Under the pieces are notes generated by a model. The model saw only the letters and a program-made list of their open reading frames with translations. It was not told the origin of the DNA and searched no databases. From Minisyncoccota bacterium (GTDB taxonomy: Bacteria > Patescibacteriota > Minisyncoccia > Phycocordibacterales > Phycocordibacteraceae), in NCBI GenBank assembly GCA_041658485.1, contig JBBAAE010000003.1, positions 10,300 through 74,299 of the forward strand: DNA of 64,000 bases. The letters run 5' to 3'. The number at the start of each line of letters is the position of its first letter. Within the stretch, counting starts at the first letter, position 1. A program made the translations under genes and the position numbers. Below are positions 48,131 through 57,978 of the stretch, in pieces.

Positions 48131-48952
48131 ATGACGCAACACGCACTTTCTTCTGTGGGAGGATTCCGAAAGATAGTGTTGACTTTTTTCAAGAAAAAAG
48201 GACGGCATACGCTTCCTTGGCGCCACACGCATGACCCTTATAAGATTCTTGTCTCGGAAATCATGCTCCAACAAACCCAAGCAGATAGGGTCATTCCAAA
48301 ATACAAATTGTTTATAAGAAAATTTCCAACAGTACAGGCACTTGCTACAGCATCTCTCGGTGATGTGCTACGAGAATGGCAGGGCTTAGGCTACAATCGC
48401 AGGGCAAAGATGCTCCATGAGGCCGCCAAAGTAATAGTTACAAACTATGGCGGGAAAGTGCCTACTCTTTACAGTGAGCTTGTCGAACTGCCCGGCATTG
48501 GTGATTACACCGCAAAAGCAGTTCGTGTATTTGCATGGAATGAACCGGAGGTAATGATTGAAACCAACATACGTACTGTTTTCATTCATCATTTTTTTCC
48601 AAATAAAGTTGCGGTGAGCGATAAAGAATTACACCCATATATGGGTGAGTTTTTGGATACGAAAAATCCACGAGAATGGTATTTCGCATTAATGGATTAT
48701 GGAAGTTATTTGAAAAAAATAGTACCAAATCCATCACGAAATAGCGCACATCACACGAAGCAGAAGTCTTTCAAGGGCTCTGACAGGGAAGTGCGCGGAG
48801 CTATACTTCGCGCACTTGTTTCGCGGTCGAAATCTTTGCCAGCTCTTTTAAAAGAACTTAATTTTCCACAAGATAAAATAAAAAGACAAATTACTGCACT
48901 CAAGAAAGAGGGCTTAATTGTGATTCGAAAAAATAAAGCACAGTTACCCTAA
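48131..48952 (+). CDS. mutY: A/G-specific adenine glycosylase, short form without Fe-S cysteines
   Basis: LPWR, PY.ILVSEIMLQQT, WQGLGYNRRA, LPGIG.YTA, LMDYG. Confidence 0.88.
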   Translation: MTQHALSSVGGFRKIVLTFFKKKGRHTLPWRHTHDPYKILVSEIMLQQTQADRVIPKYKLFIRKFPTVQALATASLGDVLREWQGLGYNRRAKMLHEAAKVIVTNYGGKVPTLYSELVELPGIGDYTAKAVRVFAWNEPEVMIETNIRTVFIHHFFPNKVAVSDKELHPYMGEFLDTKNPREWYFALMDYGSYLKKIVPNPSRNSAHHTKQKSFKGSDREVRGAILRALVSRSKSLPALLKELNFPQDKIKRQITALKKEGLIVIRKNKAQLP

Positions 48953-48979
48953 CTACTCCGATTAATCGGAGTAGTTAGG
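48948..48979. terminator. 32-bp perfect palindrome between convergent genes
   Basis: CCTAACTACTCCGATT|AATCGGAGTAGTTAGG. Confidence 0.8.
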
Positions 48980-48993
48980 CTTTAATGCTTGGT

Positions 48994-50151
48994 CTAAAGG
49001 GTGTCTTTGATACGAAACGAGAGTGGAACACCGAGTAGAATTACTGCACCGAAGACGGCGAAGGCATATTCGAATGGAGCGTAGAAAAGCATAATACTTC
49101 CAAGAACAGGGCCGACAATTGTGGCACCTTGCCGAAGTGCACGAAAAACACTGATGAGCTCGCTGTCTTTTGCCTCAACTTTTTTGAAGAAGTATGTCTC
49201 AGTTGCGATTTCAAGTAACGCCCCGCCGATGTGCATGCTTATTACTAGAAGTGCGAGCACAACAAGCCCCGCGCCGTTAGATAATGACAGCCCAAGGAAG
49301 CTGACTCCAGCTATTACAAATCCTCCAATAATGAACTCCTTCTCGCCAAATTTTTTGTCAGCTAGATACCCTATAGGAACCTGTAGAAAAATATATGGCA
49401 ATGAGGAGAGTGCAATTATTATTCCGATAACTGCCCAAGAAAGTCCAGCGTGGTTATGTAAATACAATGGGATATAAATATTACTCCAGACGAATAGAAA
49501 TTGGAGCAGTACATGTGCACCCATGACTGCGGTAAGTGATGAGTTTTTTAGTATTAATGCGACGGCATCTTTTACTTTTACATTTGCTTGTTCTACATGT
49601 GTGATGCTTGAAAAGAATCTAGATGAAATGTATGCACATGCTAGGAATGCTCCTGCCCCGATGATGAATATACGCCAATAGTCACCGTTGGTGAGTGCCC
49701 CCGCAATGATGAGTGATGCTATTGCTACCGCAATATTGCTTGCAGTTAAAAATATCGCGCGCGACGAGCCAGTATCTTTTTCATTTGTACCGACAATTTT
49801 CTCCAGAATGACATCAAGTGCAAGTGCCACTATCCAACCCGAAACCCATGCGACCATGAATAGTCCAAGAACGAGAGGGGTGGGGAGCTTGAAGGAGAGA
49901 CCAATAAGTGCGAACGCGGCTAAGCATGCTGAAGCGATGAGCACTCGATGTGTTCGGAATGTTCTAAATAAATGGGGAGTCGCCAAAACTGCAATGCCTG
50001 CAAGAATTGACCCGACAGAAAACACTAGTCCGACAGCAGATTCAGGGATGTAGGTCGCAAGAAAAGTGGAGTAAATAAGATAGGGGAGATACACGCCCAT
50101 CGCACGAAGGAAATTGCCTAGGTGTATGGCATTGCCCGAAAGATATTTCAT
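48994..50151 (-). CDS. MFS transporter
   Basis: 12 hydrophobic helices, GYLADKKFGEK motif, ETYFFKKV. Confidence 0.85.
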   Translation of the reverse strand: MKYLSGNAIHLGNFLRAMGVYLPYLIYSTFLATYIPESAVGLVFSVGSILAGIAVLATPHLFRTFRTHRVLIASACLAAFALIGLSFKLPTPLVLGLFMVAWVSGWIVALALDVILEKIVGTNEKDTGSSRAIFLTASNIAVAIASLIIAGALTNGDYWRIFIIGAGAFLACAYISSRFFSSITHVEQANVKVKDAVALILKNSSLTAVMGAHVLLQFLFVWSNIYIPLYLHNHAGLSWAVIGIIIALSSLPYIFLQVPIGYLADKKFGEKEFIIGGFVIAGVSFLGLSLSNGAGLVVLALLVISMHIGGALLEIATETYFFKKVEAKDSELISVFRALRQGATIVGPVLGSIMLFYAPFEYAFAVFGAVILLGVPLSFRIKDTL

Positions 50152-50201
50152 TCAAGGAGTATACCTTGCCCTATCATTTGTTGGGCAAATAAAATTCTTT
50201 A

Positions 50202-50393
50202 TTACTTATATTCCTTGAGGGGTTTGATATCTGCTGCTGTTGTGCCTTCTGGGAACCGGAATCCACCTTTCGAACAATACGTACATAGGTATGTGACGTT
50301 ACCTTCGTGTTCGAGTATATGAGAAGCCCAAGTTGTCGAGTGAAATTCGCAATAGTGCCACAGACGCTCTCGCCAATTATTTGCTTCCGTCAT
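50202..50393 (-). CDS. 63-aa putative zinc-binding microprotein
   Basis: CEFH ... CTYC. Confidence 0.5.
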   Translation of the reverse strand: MTEANNWRERLWHYCEFHSTTWASHILEHEGNVTYLCTYCSKGGFRFPEGTTAADIKPLKEYK

Positions 50394-50455
50394 TTTTATG
50401 ATCCCTACAAATTCAACGACACATTGCCTGAAACCTGAAAGCCTCAGTCTCGGTC

Positions 50456-52465
50456 TTAGACGCCTATTAAGACAGGAATTACCATTGGACGTTTTGATGT
50501 TTTCTGGAAAAGATAGCGCTCTACTGTGTCAGTAAGATTTGCTTTTATATACTCAAGGTCGACAGGGTTCATACCTGCGGCGAGGTCTTCTGTGGTTTTC
50601 TTTATGAGTAGGCGTGTTTCTGAAAGTAGTCCTTGGGACTCTCTGAGGTACACGAAACCACGAGAAATAATATCAGGAGATTTCTTTAAGGTGCCGGTGC
50701 GCAGATTTACGGTAGCGATAATGACGAACATTCCGTCTTGAGCAAGCGACTGACGGTCTCGTATAACCACTTCCTGCATGTCACCAATAGCAAAGCCGTC
50801 CACCATCATAGGATTTGAAGGAATTTTTTCCTTACGAACCGTCATGGTGGTTCCGTTTTCGATTTCTATGACAGTACCGTTATCAGGTAAGACGACATTT
50901 TCTTTAGGGAAGCCACTCGCAATCTGCGCATTGGCATGATATTTGAGCATCGAGAAGAAGCCATACGCTGGCATAAAGAATGCTGGATTTACTTGCTGGC
51001 GCATCCAGACAAGCTCTCCTGTGTTTCCGTGCCCCGTTGAGTGAACATCTGAAGAGCGATAGTGAATCAGGTTTACATTGTGACGGAGAAGATTGTCTTT
51101 TAATTTTTGCACGCGTACTTCATTGCCTGGAATAACTGATGAAGAAAGAATGATGGTATCGCGCTCAGTGAAGGCAATGTTTTTATGTTTTTTTGTAGCA
51201 ATACGCATCAGGGCTGCGGTATCCTCGCCTTGTGAGCCGGTTGCAATAATGACGATGCGATCTGCTGGATAGTCATTAATATCTTCAGCGCGAATCATGG
51301 TGCCCGGCTTTGGTGTAAAGATATTTGCGCGCTGAGCGATTTCAATGTTTGTCTTGATAGACCTGCCTTCGGTGATGATTTTTTTACCAAGATTCTCTGA
51401 CACCTTAATGATGTGAATCATGCGCTCAAACTGGGACGAGAATGTTCCGATGATGAGGCGTCCCTTCACTGACTTAATGATGTCTTCAAGGGTTGTATAG
51501 ACACGCGATTCAGGAATAGAGAAACCATCTCTCTCAGCGTTTGTAGAGTCAGCGATGAATATAAGATTTTTATCTTTTCCGAGCGCACCCCAGTGTTTTT
51601 CTTCCTTCGGGGTTGGTATGCCGTCTTCATGTTCCAATCGTAAGTCCCCAGAAATCACGATGTTGCCGTGCTTGGTTTGGATTGAAAGACCCATAGCGTC
51701 TGGAATGGAATGGGTAACAGGAAATGTTTTTACTATTACTGGATCTCCTCCAGGTAAACTCACTGAAACACGTCCGCCCGGCTCGATGACTCGAACATCA
51801 ATGTCGGCAATGTGTGGAAACTCCTCCTGTCGGCGCTTAATCATCAAGGACGTAAGGTACTGCGTATAGATTGGTGGATTACCAATACGGTCAATGATGT
51901 AGGGGATACCGCCAATGTGGTCGAGGTGTCCGTGTGTTATGAAAATACCCAAGATGCGATCTTTGTTTTCTTCAAGATAGCGAGTGTTTGGAAGTATGTA
52001 GTCGACACCAGGGGTTGCTTCTTCTGAAACGAATTGAAATCCAACATCTGAAATAATGATGCCCTGTGGCAATTCAAAAATCATCATGTTGCGACCCACT
52101 TCTTCAACGCCACCAATTGGCATAATGCGGACCGTGTCTTCATTTAATGGAGGAAGTACCACGCGATCGACTGCGTTCATGTCGCGAACTGAAGGCTCTC
52201 TTGGTGGGGGAGTTGCACGCATTGGGCGGTTATTTGAACGAGGTCTGGCGTGCCTTCGTGGTCCATTACCTGGAGCACCTTGAGGCCGTCTTGGTCCGCG
52301 TGATGGTCCTTGTCTTCCCGAACTTGGAGCGCTTGGTCGTGCAGGTTGCCCCATCGTCCTTCCAGGGAGTGCATTAAATGGACGCGCTCGGCCAGTACGA
52401 GTATTTTGAGTAGGGCGCGGTCTATCTCTTGACTGTGGGTTTGGACCTCTAGATGGAGTGTTCAT
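50456..52465 (-). CDS. rnj: Ribonuclease J with disordered Arg/Pro N-terminal extension
   Basis: GGVEEVGRNM, THGHLDHIGG, HSIPD, DSTNA, TGSQGE, IPGNE, HSTGH. Confidence 0.95.
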   Translation of the reverse strand: MNTPSRGPNPQSRDRPRPTQNTRTGRARPFNALPGRTMGQPARPSAPSSGRQGPSRGPRRPQGAPGNGPRRHARPRSNNRPMRATPPPREPSVRDMNAVDRVVLPPLNEDTVRIMPIGGVEEVGRNMMIFELPQGIIISDVGFQFVSEEATPGVDYILPNTRYLEENKDRILGIFITHGHLDHIGGIPYIIDRIGNPPIYTQYLTSLMIKRRQEEFPHIADIDVRVIEPGGRVSVSLPGGDPVIVKTFPVTHSIPDAMGLSIQTKHGNIVISGDLRLEHEDGIPTPKEEKHWGALGKDKNLIFIADSTNAERDGFSIPESRVYTTLEDIIKSVKGRLIIGTFSSQFERMIHIIKVSENLGKKIITEGRSIKTNIEIAQRANIFTPKPGTMIRAEDINDYPADRIVIIATGSQGEDTAALMRIATKKHKNIAFTERDTIILSSSVIPGNEVRVQKLKDNLLRHNVNLIHYRSSDVHSTGHGNTGELVWMRQQVNPAFFMPAYGFFSMLKYHANAQIASGFPKENVVLPDNGTVIEIENGTTMTVRKEKIPSNPMMVDGFAIGDMQEVVIRDRQSLAQDGMFVIIATVNLRTGTLKKSPDIISRGFVYLRESQGLLSETRLLIKKTTEDLAAGMNPVDLEYIKANLTDTVERYLFQKTSKRPMVIPVLIGV

Positions 52466-52549
52466 GTATTTTAAGTGTGTTTACTATTTTTTTATTAATA
52501 ATTTTTTTTGAAGATGATTTTGTGTGTTTCCTTTTTTAATACGGTGATA

Positions 52550-54298
52550 TTATTTTCTGAAAATTGGCCAGATTCGTTCAGTTTTAAGATACCAATTGTC
52601 TGCAGTGTTGAATCGGTCGCTCGGAGTTGCAATGGTTACCAATGTCATACCTCCGAGATTTTTTGGTGTTACATACACGAAGTATGGTGTGTATAAGAAA
52701 ACGGCAGCGGTATCATTGGTTATGTCTTTAGCAATTGAGCGAGCTCTTTCTAGTCGAAGTGAAGGGTCGGCTAATGTGCGTAGTGCAGTGAGCTTCTTGT
52801 CTACCTCAACATTAGCATAGAGTGCAATATTAAGACCTGGGTCGTTACGCTGACTTGAGTGCCAGAAGGCAAAAAGATCCAAGTCTCGTCCCACAACTAG
52901 ACCAAACAGTAAGGCATCGTATTTGCGTGGACGGATAACCCCGACATTCAAATCATTTTGATCAAAGAACTTCAATTCTACTTCAGCACCAATCTTTTTC
53001 CAGTCTTCCGCAACGAGCTCCGCTGTGCGCTTTAGTTCTGGCACATTTGAGGTTGAAAGAGAGAAGGAAAGTCTTTGGACTTCTTTCTTTTTGCCACTTC
53101 CGACTGTCTTTGTAAAAATACCGTTCTCCCCAGCTTTCCAGCCAGCTTTTCCAAGAATTGCTTGCGCTTCTGCCACTCGAGTATCGGAAGATCGCTGATC
53201 TTTCACAATATTCCCAATAGAATCAGGAGGGAGTGGCCCGTCAATGGCGGAACCGTGACCTCGAAGCACTGTACTCACTAGAGCGTCTTTGTCAACTGCT
53301 GTGTTCAATGCCTTCCTAACTGCTGTCTCAGCGAAAATCTTATTTTGACTTTGATTGAAGAATACACTAAACACTCGTCCCAGTACCGCTTCGTTTATTG
53401 CGTGTGCACCAACAAGGTTTGTTGTAAGGATAGAATGAGCTCCATCAACTTCGCCTTTGTTGAGAGCATTTTTCAAGTCGTCTCCATTTGCATATATTTT
53501 GAAAATAAATTGCTGTATGTAGGGAATTCTTGTGCCTTCCGAAACGCCAGTAAAACGATATTCAGTTGGAATGCCAGAACTGTTGCGTTTCAGGTCGGTC
53601 ACCTTGTATGGTCCCGACCCTATAGGGTTCGCGTTTATTGTACTGAATGGAAATTCTTCCGGAGTTACATTTTTCCAGATATGTTTTGGCAAAATACCCA
53701 GTGTCATATTTTCCAAAAAGGGTGCGTAAGGGCTTTTAAGTGTAAATGAAATTGTTTTTGGATTAACAACTGTTATGCCCACACCCTCCCAATCTGCTCG
53801 ACGCGGACTTTTAATGTTGGGATTTCCTGCTGCCTCTACAGTAAATGCAACATCTTCGGCAGTCACGGGAGTTCCGTCATGGAAACGGGCACGATCGTTT
53901 AATGTAAATGTATAGGTTAGTTGGTCATCGCTTATTATGTATGACTCGGCTAGGTCAGGTGCGAGTGAACCGTCTTGTTTTGCACGGAGTAAGCCTGAAA
54001 ATACTAATACCGTGAGATCTCGGTCAGTATCAGAAATAGCTAACAATGGATTGATAAATCGAGGTGACTCAGCAAGTCCTTCTGTGTAGGTGCCACCTCG
54101 TGCGGGTACTTCAACGGCAAGCGCCAAAGAGATGGAGGCGAGCATTGATGCCGTACTGAAGGCCATAAGCACACCGAAAAACCCAATAACCAACCAATCA
54201 GATGGCTTTAGAACAACTGATACTGCCTCAAGTTTCTGAAGCGAACGGGTTGTTCGATTTTTGAGAAATGCACGAAGAAATGCTCGTAGTGATGCCAT
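52550..54298 (-). CDS. ABC peptide substrate-binding protein (family 5)
   Basis: PRFINP, PDLAESY, FHDGTPVTAEDVAFT, PIGSGPY, FWHSSQ. Confidence 0.88.
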   Translation of the reverse strand: MASLRAFLRAFLKNRTTRSLQKLEAVSVVLKPSDWLVIGFFGVLMAFSTASMLASISLALAVEVPARGGTYTEGLAESPRFINPLLAISDTDRDLTVLVFSGLLRAKQDGSLAPDLAESYIISDDQLTYTFTLNDRARFHDGTPVTAEDVAFTVEAAGNPNIKSPRRADWEGVGITVVNPKTISFTLKSPYAPFLENMTLGILPKHIWKNVTPEEFPFSTINANPIGSGPYKVTDLKRNSSGIPTEYRFTGVSEGTRIPYIQQFIFKIYANGDDLKNALNKGEVDGAHSILTTNLVGAHAINEAVLGRVFSVFFNQSQNKIFAETAVRKALNTAVDKDALVSTVLRGHGSAIDGPLPPDSIGNIVKDQRSSDTRVAEAQAILGKAGWKAGENGIFTKTVGSGKKKEVQRLSFSLSTSNVPELKRTAELVAEDWKKIGAEVELKFFDQNDLNVGVIRPRKYDALLFGLVVGRDLDLFAFWHSSQRNDPGLNIALYANVEVDKKLTALRTLADPSLRLERARSIAKDITNDTAAVFLYTPYFVYVTPKNLGGMTLVTIATPSDRFNTADNWYLKTERIWPIFRK

Positions 54299-54350
54299 TT
54301 GTATGGAATGAGAACGAATCGCGTCTTAATTGACGGGCGATTTTGAATTA

Positions 54351-54581
54351 CTAAGCCGTAATCAGCGCAAGTAGTGCCGAGAGAGCAAATAACACCGCAA
54401 GAACGATTGAGCTTCGGAAAAGGAACAGCTCTGCTCCGCGTCTGGTGTAGAAACTTTCTTGTGTACTGTCGCCAAAGGCACCCCCCAAGCCTGCCCCACG
54501 CTGTTGGAGAAGGATTGCTCCTATAAGGAGAATTGAGAGAATGACTTGTGCTCCTGGAAGGAGACTGTGAATGAGAGCCAT
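54351..54581 (-). CDS. secG: Preprotein translocase SecG
   Basis: ILLQQRGAGLGGAFG, TRRGAE..L. Confidence 0.9.
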   Translation of the reverse strand: MALIHSLLPGAQVILSILLIGAILLQQRGAGLGGAFGDSTQESFYTRRGAELFLFRSSIVLAVLFALSALLALITA

Positions 54582-54678
54582 AGTGCCTGTTCGCTAGGAT
54601 ACCACGGCCATTGAAAAAGAGGCAATACTCCTGTTGATGAGCCGTTAGAGGAATGGGTAGAGTGTGGCCGTTACTTTA

Positions 54679-54735
54679 TTGACTGTACAAAGGCGTTTCC
54701 TTATACTAACCAGACATCATGGGTATATACCCATG
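54679..54735 (+). promoter_or_regulatory. groES promoter with downstream 18-bp palindrome
   Basis: TTGACT-17-TATACT; CATGGGTAT|ATACCCATG at 54718-54735. Confidence 0.6.
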
Positions 54736-54764
54736 CCTTTAGTTCTAACGAATTGATATCAGAT

Positions 54765-55121
54765 ATGGCTAAAACGAAAAAGACTTCGTCCACAAAAACT
54801 AGTGTTCAAACGAACACAGGAGTATCTATTCGCCCTTTGAGTGACCGGGTAGTAATCAAACCACTTTCAGCCGAGGAGGCTGGATCGCGAACTTTGTCAG
54901 GCATCATTATTCCCGATACAGCAAAGGAAAAACCTGAACAAGGGAAAGTTGTTGCAGTAGGTCCTGGTAAATGGGATGAAGATGGTGAAAAACGAATTCC
55001 AGTATCAGTAAAAATTGGAGACAAGGTAATGTTCTCAAAGTATGGCTACAGTGAAGTAAAAGTGAACGGTGTTGAGTATTTCATCGTAAACGAATCAGAC
55101 ATCCTCGCTGTTCTTAATTAG
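54765..55121 (+). CDS. groES: Co-chaperonin GroES
   Basis: IRPLSDRV, SGIIIPDTAKEKP, VAVGPG, ESDILA. Confidence 0.95.
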   Translation: MAKTKKTSSTKTSVQTNTGVSIRPLSDRVVIKPLSAEEAGSRTLSGIIIPDTAKEKPEQGKVVAVGPGKWDEDGEKRIPVSVKIGDKVMFSKYGYSEVKVNGVEYFIVNESDILAVLN

Positions 55122-55206
55122 CCAATAGCCACTAGGGTATAGGGTTTAAATTTCCCTACACCTGATACCCTAAACCCTAATCACTAATCACTAATAAAAA
55201 CTAATC
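55119..55206. repeat. Heptamer repeats between groES and groEL
   Basis: TAGCCAA TAGCCAC TAGGGTA TAGGGTT ... CTAAACC CTAATCA CTAATCA CTAATAA. Confidence 0.8.
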
Positions 55207-56847
55207 ATGGCAAAAAAAATTCTTTTTGAAGCAGATGCTCGAAACGCAGTCAAAACCGGTATCGACATTGTAGCGAGAGCGGTGAAAGTTACGCTTGGAC
55301 CTCGAGGACGCAATGTCATTCTCGATAAAGGCTACGGCGGTCCACATATGACGAACGACGGTGTCACTATCGCAAAAGAAATCACCCTCAAAGACAAATT
55401 TCAGAACATGGGCGCTGAATTGGTAAAGGAAGTTGCAAGCAAGACTAATGATATGGCAGGTGATGGCACCACCACTTCAGTTGTTTTGTTTCAGGCACTT
55501 GTTGATGAAGGAATGAAACACACAGCGATGGGCTTGAATGCTATGGGTATTCGCACCGGTATGGAGCACGCTGCAGAAGCTGCGGTGAAAGCACTCAAAT
55601 CAATGGCAAAGCCGGTTGCAGGAGACAATAAAGTCATCAAGCAGGTGGCAACTATTTCAGCAGAGTCTGAAGACATTGGTAAGACAATTGGTGAAGTCAT
55701 CAAAGAAGTTGGTCAAAATGGTGTGGTGACCGTTGAAGAGTCACAGTCGTTTGGTATTGAGAAAGAAGTTGTAGAAGGTATGGAGTTTGATCGCGGATAT
55801 GTGTCGCACTACATGATTACGAATCCTGAAAGAATGGAAGCGGAATATCGTGATGCACCAATTCTCGTTACCGATAAAAAAATCGCTTCAATTCAGGAAA
55901 TCCTTCCAATACTTGAGGCTATCGCAAAGACAGGCAAAAAAGAGTTGGTTATTATTGCGGACGATGTAGAAGGGGAAGCGCTCACAACATTTGTAGTGAA
56001 CAAACTTCGCGGAGCTTTCAGTGTGCTCGCAGTAAAAGCCCCAGGATACGGCGATAGAAAGAAAGACATGCTTGCTGACATTGCTTCGACAATCGGCGCT
56101 ACTGTTGTTTCTGAAGAAACAGGTATGACCTTAGACAAGGTGGATATTTCCGTTCTTGGTCGTGCACAGAAAGTTATTGCAACAAAAGACTCAACAATCA
56201 TTGTTGGTGGAAAAGGAAAGAAGTCCGCAATTGACGCACGTGTTGCCTCACTCAAGAAGCAACTTGAAGCAATCACTTCTAAGTTCGATAAAGAGAAAAT
56301 TGAAGAGCGCATTGCAAAGTTGTCAGGTGGCGTTGCAGTCATTCGCGTCGGTGCTGCGACAGAAACTGAAATGAAGTATTTGAAAGATAAGATTGAAGAT
56401 GCGGTCAATGCCACGAAAGCAGCTATTGCTGAAGGTATTGTTCCTGGGGGTGGTACTGCTCTCGTCAAAGCTGCAGCAAAAGCTGAAGCTGATGCAGATT
56501 GGAAAAGTATGTCCAAAGAAGAGGAAATTGGTTTCCGCATCGTTCTTTCGGCTCTTTTGAAACCATTGAAGCAAATTGCGATGAACGCAGGAAAAGAAAG
56601 CGGGGAAGTTATTGTTGAGGCAGTTAAGAAAGCAAAAGGATTTGCTGGATATGATGCAGTTAAAGACGAAATTGTTCCTGACATGATGATTGCAGGCATT
56701 ATTGATCCAGTGAAAGTAACTCGAGGTGGACTTGAACATGCCGTTTCTGCAGCAGCTATTCTTCTTACAACTGAAGTTGCTATCGCGGAGGAGCCTGAAG
56801 AGAAGAAAGAAATGAGTGGTGCTCCTGGAGGGGGAATGGATTACTAA
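55207..56847 (+). CDS. groEL: Chaperonin GroEL
   Basis: TLGPRGRNV, TNDGVTIA, AGDGTTT, GMEFDRGY, GGVAVI, GIIDP.KV. Confidence 0.97.
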   Translation: MAKKILFEADARNAVKTGIDIVARAVKVTLGPRGRNVILDKGYGGPHMTNDGVTIAKEITLKDKFQNMGAELVKEVASKTNDMAGDGTTTSVVLFQALVDEGMKHTAMGLNAMGIRTGMEHAAEAAVKALKSMAKPVAGDNKVIKQVATISAESEDIGKTIGEVIKEVGQNGVVTVEESQSFGIEKEVVEGMEFDRGYVSHYMITNPERMEAEYRDAPILVTDKKIASIQEILPILEAIAKTGKKELVIIADDVEGEALTTFVVNKLRGAFSVLAVKAPGYGDRKKDMLADIASTIGATVVSEETGMTLDKVDISVLGRAQKVIATKDSTIIVGGKGKKSAIDARVASLKKQLEAITSKFDKEKIEERIAKLSGGVAVIRVGAATETEMKYLKDKIEDAVNATKAAIAEGIVPGGGTALVKAAAKAEADADWKSMSKEEEIGFRIVLSALLKPLKQIAMNAGKESGEVIVEAVKKAKGFAGYDAVKDEIVPDMMIAGIIDPVKVTRGGLEHAVSAAAILLTTEVAIAEEPEEKKEMSGAPGGGMDY

Positions 56848-56880
56848 CAGGGTATAGGGGTTAGCGTTTAGGGTTTAGGT
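56848..56880 (+). repeat. Heptamer repeats after groEL
   Basis: CAGGGTA TAGGGGT TAGCGTT TAGGGTT TAGG. Confidence 0.8.
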
Positions 56881-56894
56881 AAGAAAAGAAAATA

Positions 56895-56936
56895 ATCCAC
56901 AACAAAACCCCGCATTCGCGGGGTTTTGTTGTGGAT
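56895..56936 (+). terminator. Terminator hairpin after groEL
   Basis: ATCCACAACAAAACCCCGC-ATTC-GCGGGGTTTTGTTGTGGAT. Confidence 0.85.
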
Positions 56937-57028
56937 GCGTCGCCTCGAGTAACAATCGGAGCTCTTGACAAATATGATTTATAAGATTATTCTGCGGGGA
57001 GAAGTTTTTATATTTTATTTTGAAAAGT

Positions 57029-57145
57029 ATGGGTTCTGAAACAGCTCCAAAAAAATGTGCACGCGCGGGTTGCAACAATTTCGCTGCACCACATGATTCT
57101 CTTTGTTTAGATTGCATAACAAGAGCAGTGAGTGGTCCTGATTAG
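57029..57145 (+). CDS. 38-aa four-Cys microprotein (not in ORF track)
   Basis: MGSETAPKKCARAGCNNFAAPHDSLCLDCITRAVSGPD*; promoter TTGACA-17-TATTCT at 56965-56993. Confidence 0.55.
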   Translation: MGSETAPKKCARAGCNNFAAPHDSLCLDCITRAVSGPD

Positions 57146-57211
57146 TTTTTTTCAACCCCAGAGCGGTTTTTTTCTATTAGAGGTTCTATTTATTGTTATA
57201 GTATCGAAATT

Positions 57212-57364
57212 ATGTCTCACAAAAAGCCTGAAAAACATTATCCAAAAGATCGACATGAGGCTCGTGAACTCAGGGGCAGTTTCAAGGGTGTGGCTAAATG
57301 CATTAGGGATGGGTGGGCGTCCGTTCTTCGCGAATGGCGTAGGAATGAAATATCAAAAGCATAA
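57212..57364 (+). CDS. 50-aa basic microprotein (not in ORF track)
   Basis: MSHKKPEKHYPKDRHEARELRGSFKGVAKCIRDGWASVLREWRRNEISKA*; TGtTATAGT 9 nt upstream. Confidence 0.45.
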   Translation: MSHKKPEKHYPKDRHEARELRGSFKGVAKCIRDGWASVLREWRRNEISKA

Positions 57365-57404
57365 ATTATCGGGAAAATTAAAAATCTGATACAATGTAAA
57401 GAAT

Positions 57405-57965
57405 ATGAATATTCTTTACATTGTTCTTGCTGTAGTCGCTGTCGTTCTTGCATGGCTTGTTGCCGCATATAACGGCTTTATTAGTTTGAGAAACCGAGCA
57501 AAAGAAGCGTGGTCTGACATTGAGGTACAGATGAAGCGTCGTTATGACCTCATTCCAAACCTTATTGAAACAGTAAAGGGCTACGCGACACATGAAAAGC
57601 AGGCATTTGAAAATGTTTCGAATGCACGCGCTACCGCTATGGGTGCGTCATCTGTTGCTGATCACGCACAGGCAGAAAATATGCTTACAGGAGCATTGAA
57701 GAGCATCTTTGCAATTGCAGAAGCGTATCCAGACTTGAAAGCAAATCAAAACTTCTTGGAATTACAACGCGAACTCTCTGATACTGAAAATAAAGTAATG
57801 GCATCTCGCCGTTTCTACAACACCAATGTTATGAGCTTGAATACTGCTATCGAGCAGTTCCCAGGAAACCTTATTGCGGGCCTATTCAAGTTCACACAAA
57901 TGGAACTCTTTGAGCTTGCCGAAGGCGAACAAGCTGCGAAACAACCTGTCGCAGTGAAATTCTAA
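57405..57965 (+). CDS. lemA: LemA family protein
   Basis: YN..I.LRN, AWSDI.VQ.KRR.DLIPNL, EAYPDLKANQNF, RRFYN. Confidence 0.95.
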   Translation: MNILYIVLAVVAVVLAWLVAAYNGFISLRNRAKEAWSDIEVQMKRRYDLIPNLIETVKGYATHEKQAFENVSNARATAMGASSVADHAQAENMLTGALKSIFAIAEAYPDLKANQNFLELQRELSDTENKVMASRRFYNTNVMSLNTAIEQFPGNLIAGLFKFTQMELFELAEGEQAAKQPVAVKF

Positions 57966-57978
57966 TCCTCTGTTTCTT

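Noticed and set aside
54600-54765. CIRCE element upstream of groES
   Set aside because: The consensus inverted repeat was not found.
55893-56699. Long antisense ORFs (e.g. 268 aa opposite groEL, 189 aa opposite 45220-46368)
   Set aside because: They are shadows of codon bias in well-supported genes on the other strand, with no motifs.
56848-56880. TTTAGGG-like units as telomere or eukaryotic contamination
   Set aside because: They are short, degenerate, internal and embedded between clearly bacterial operon genes.
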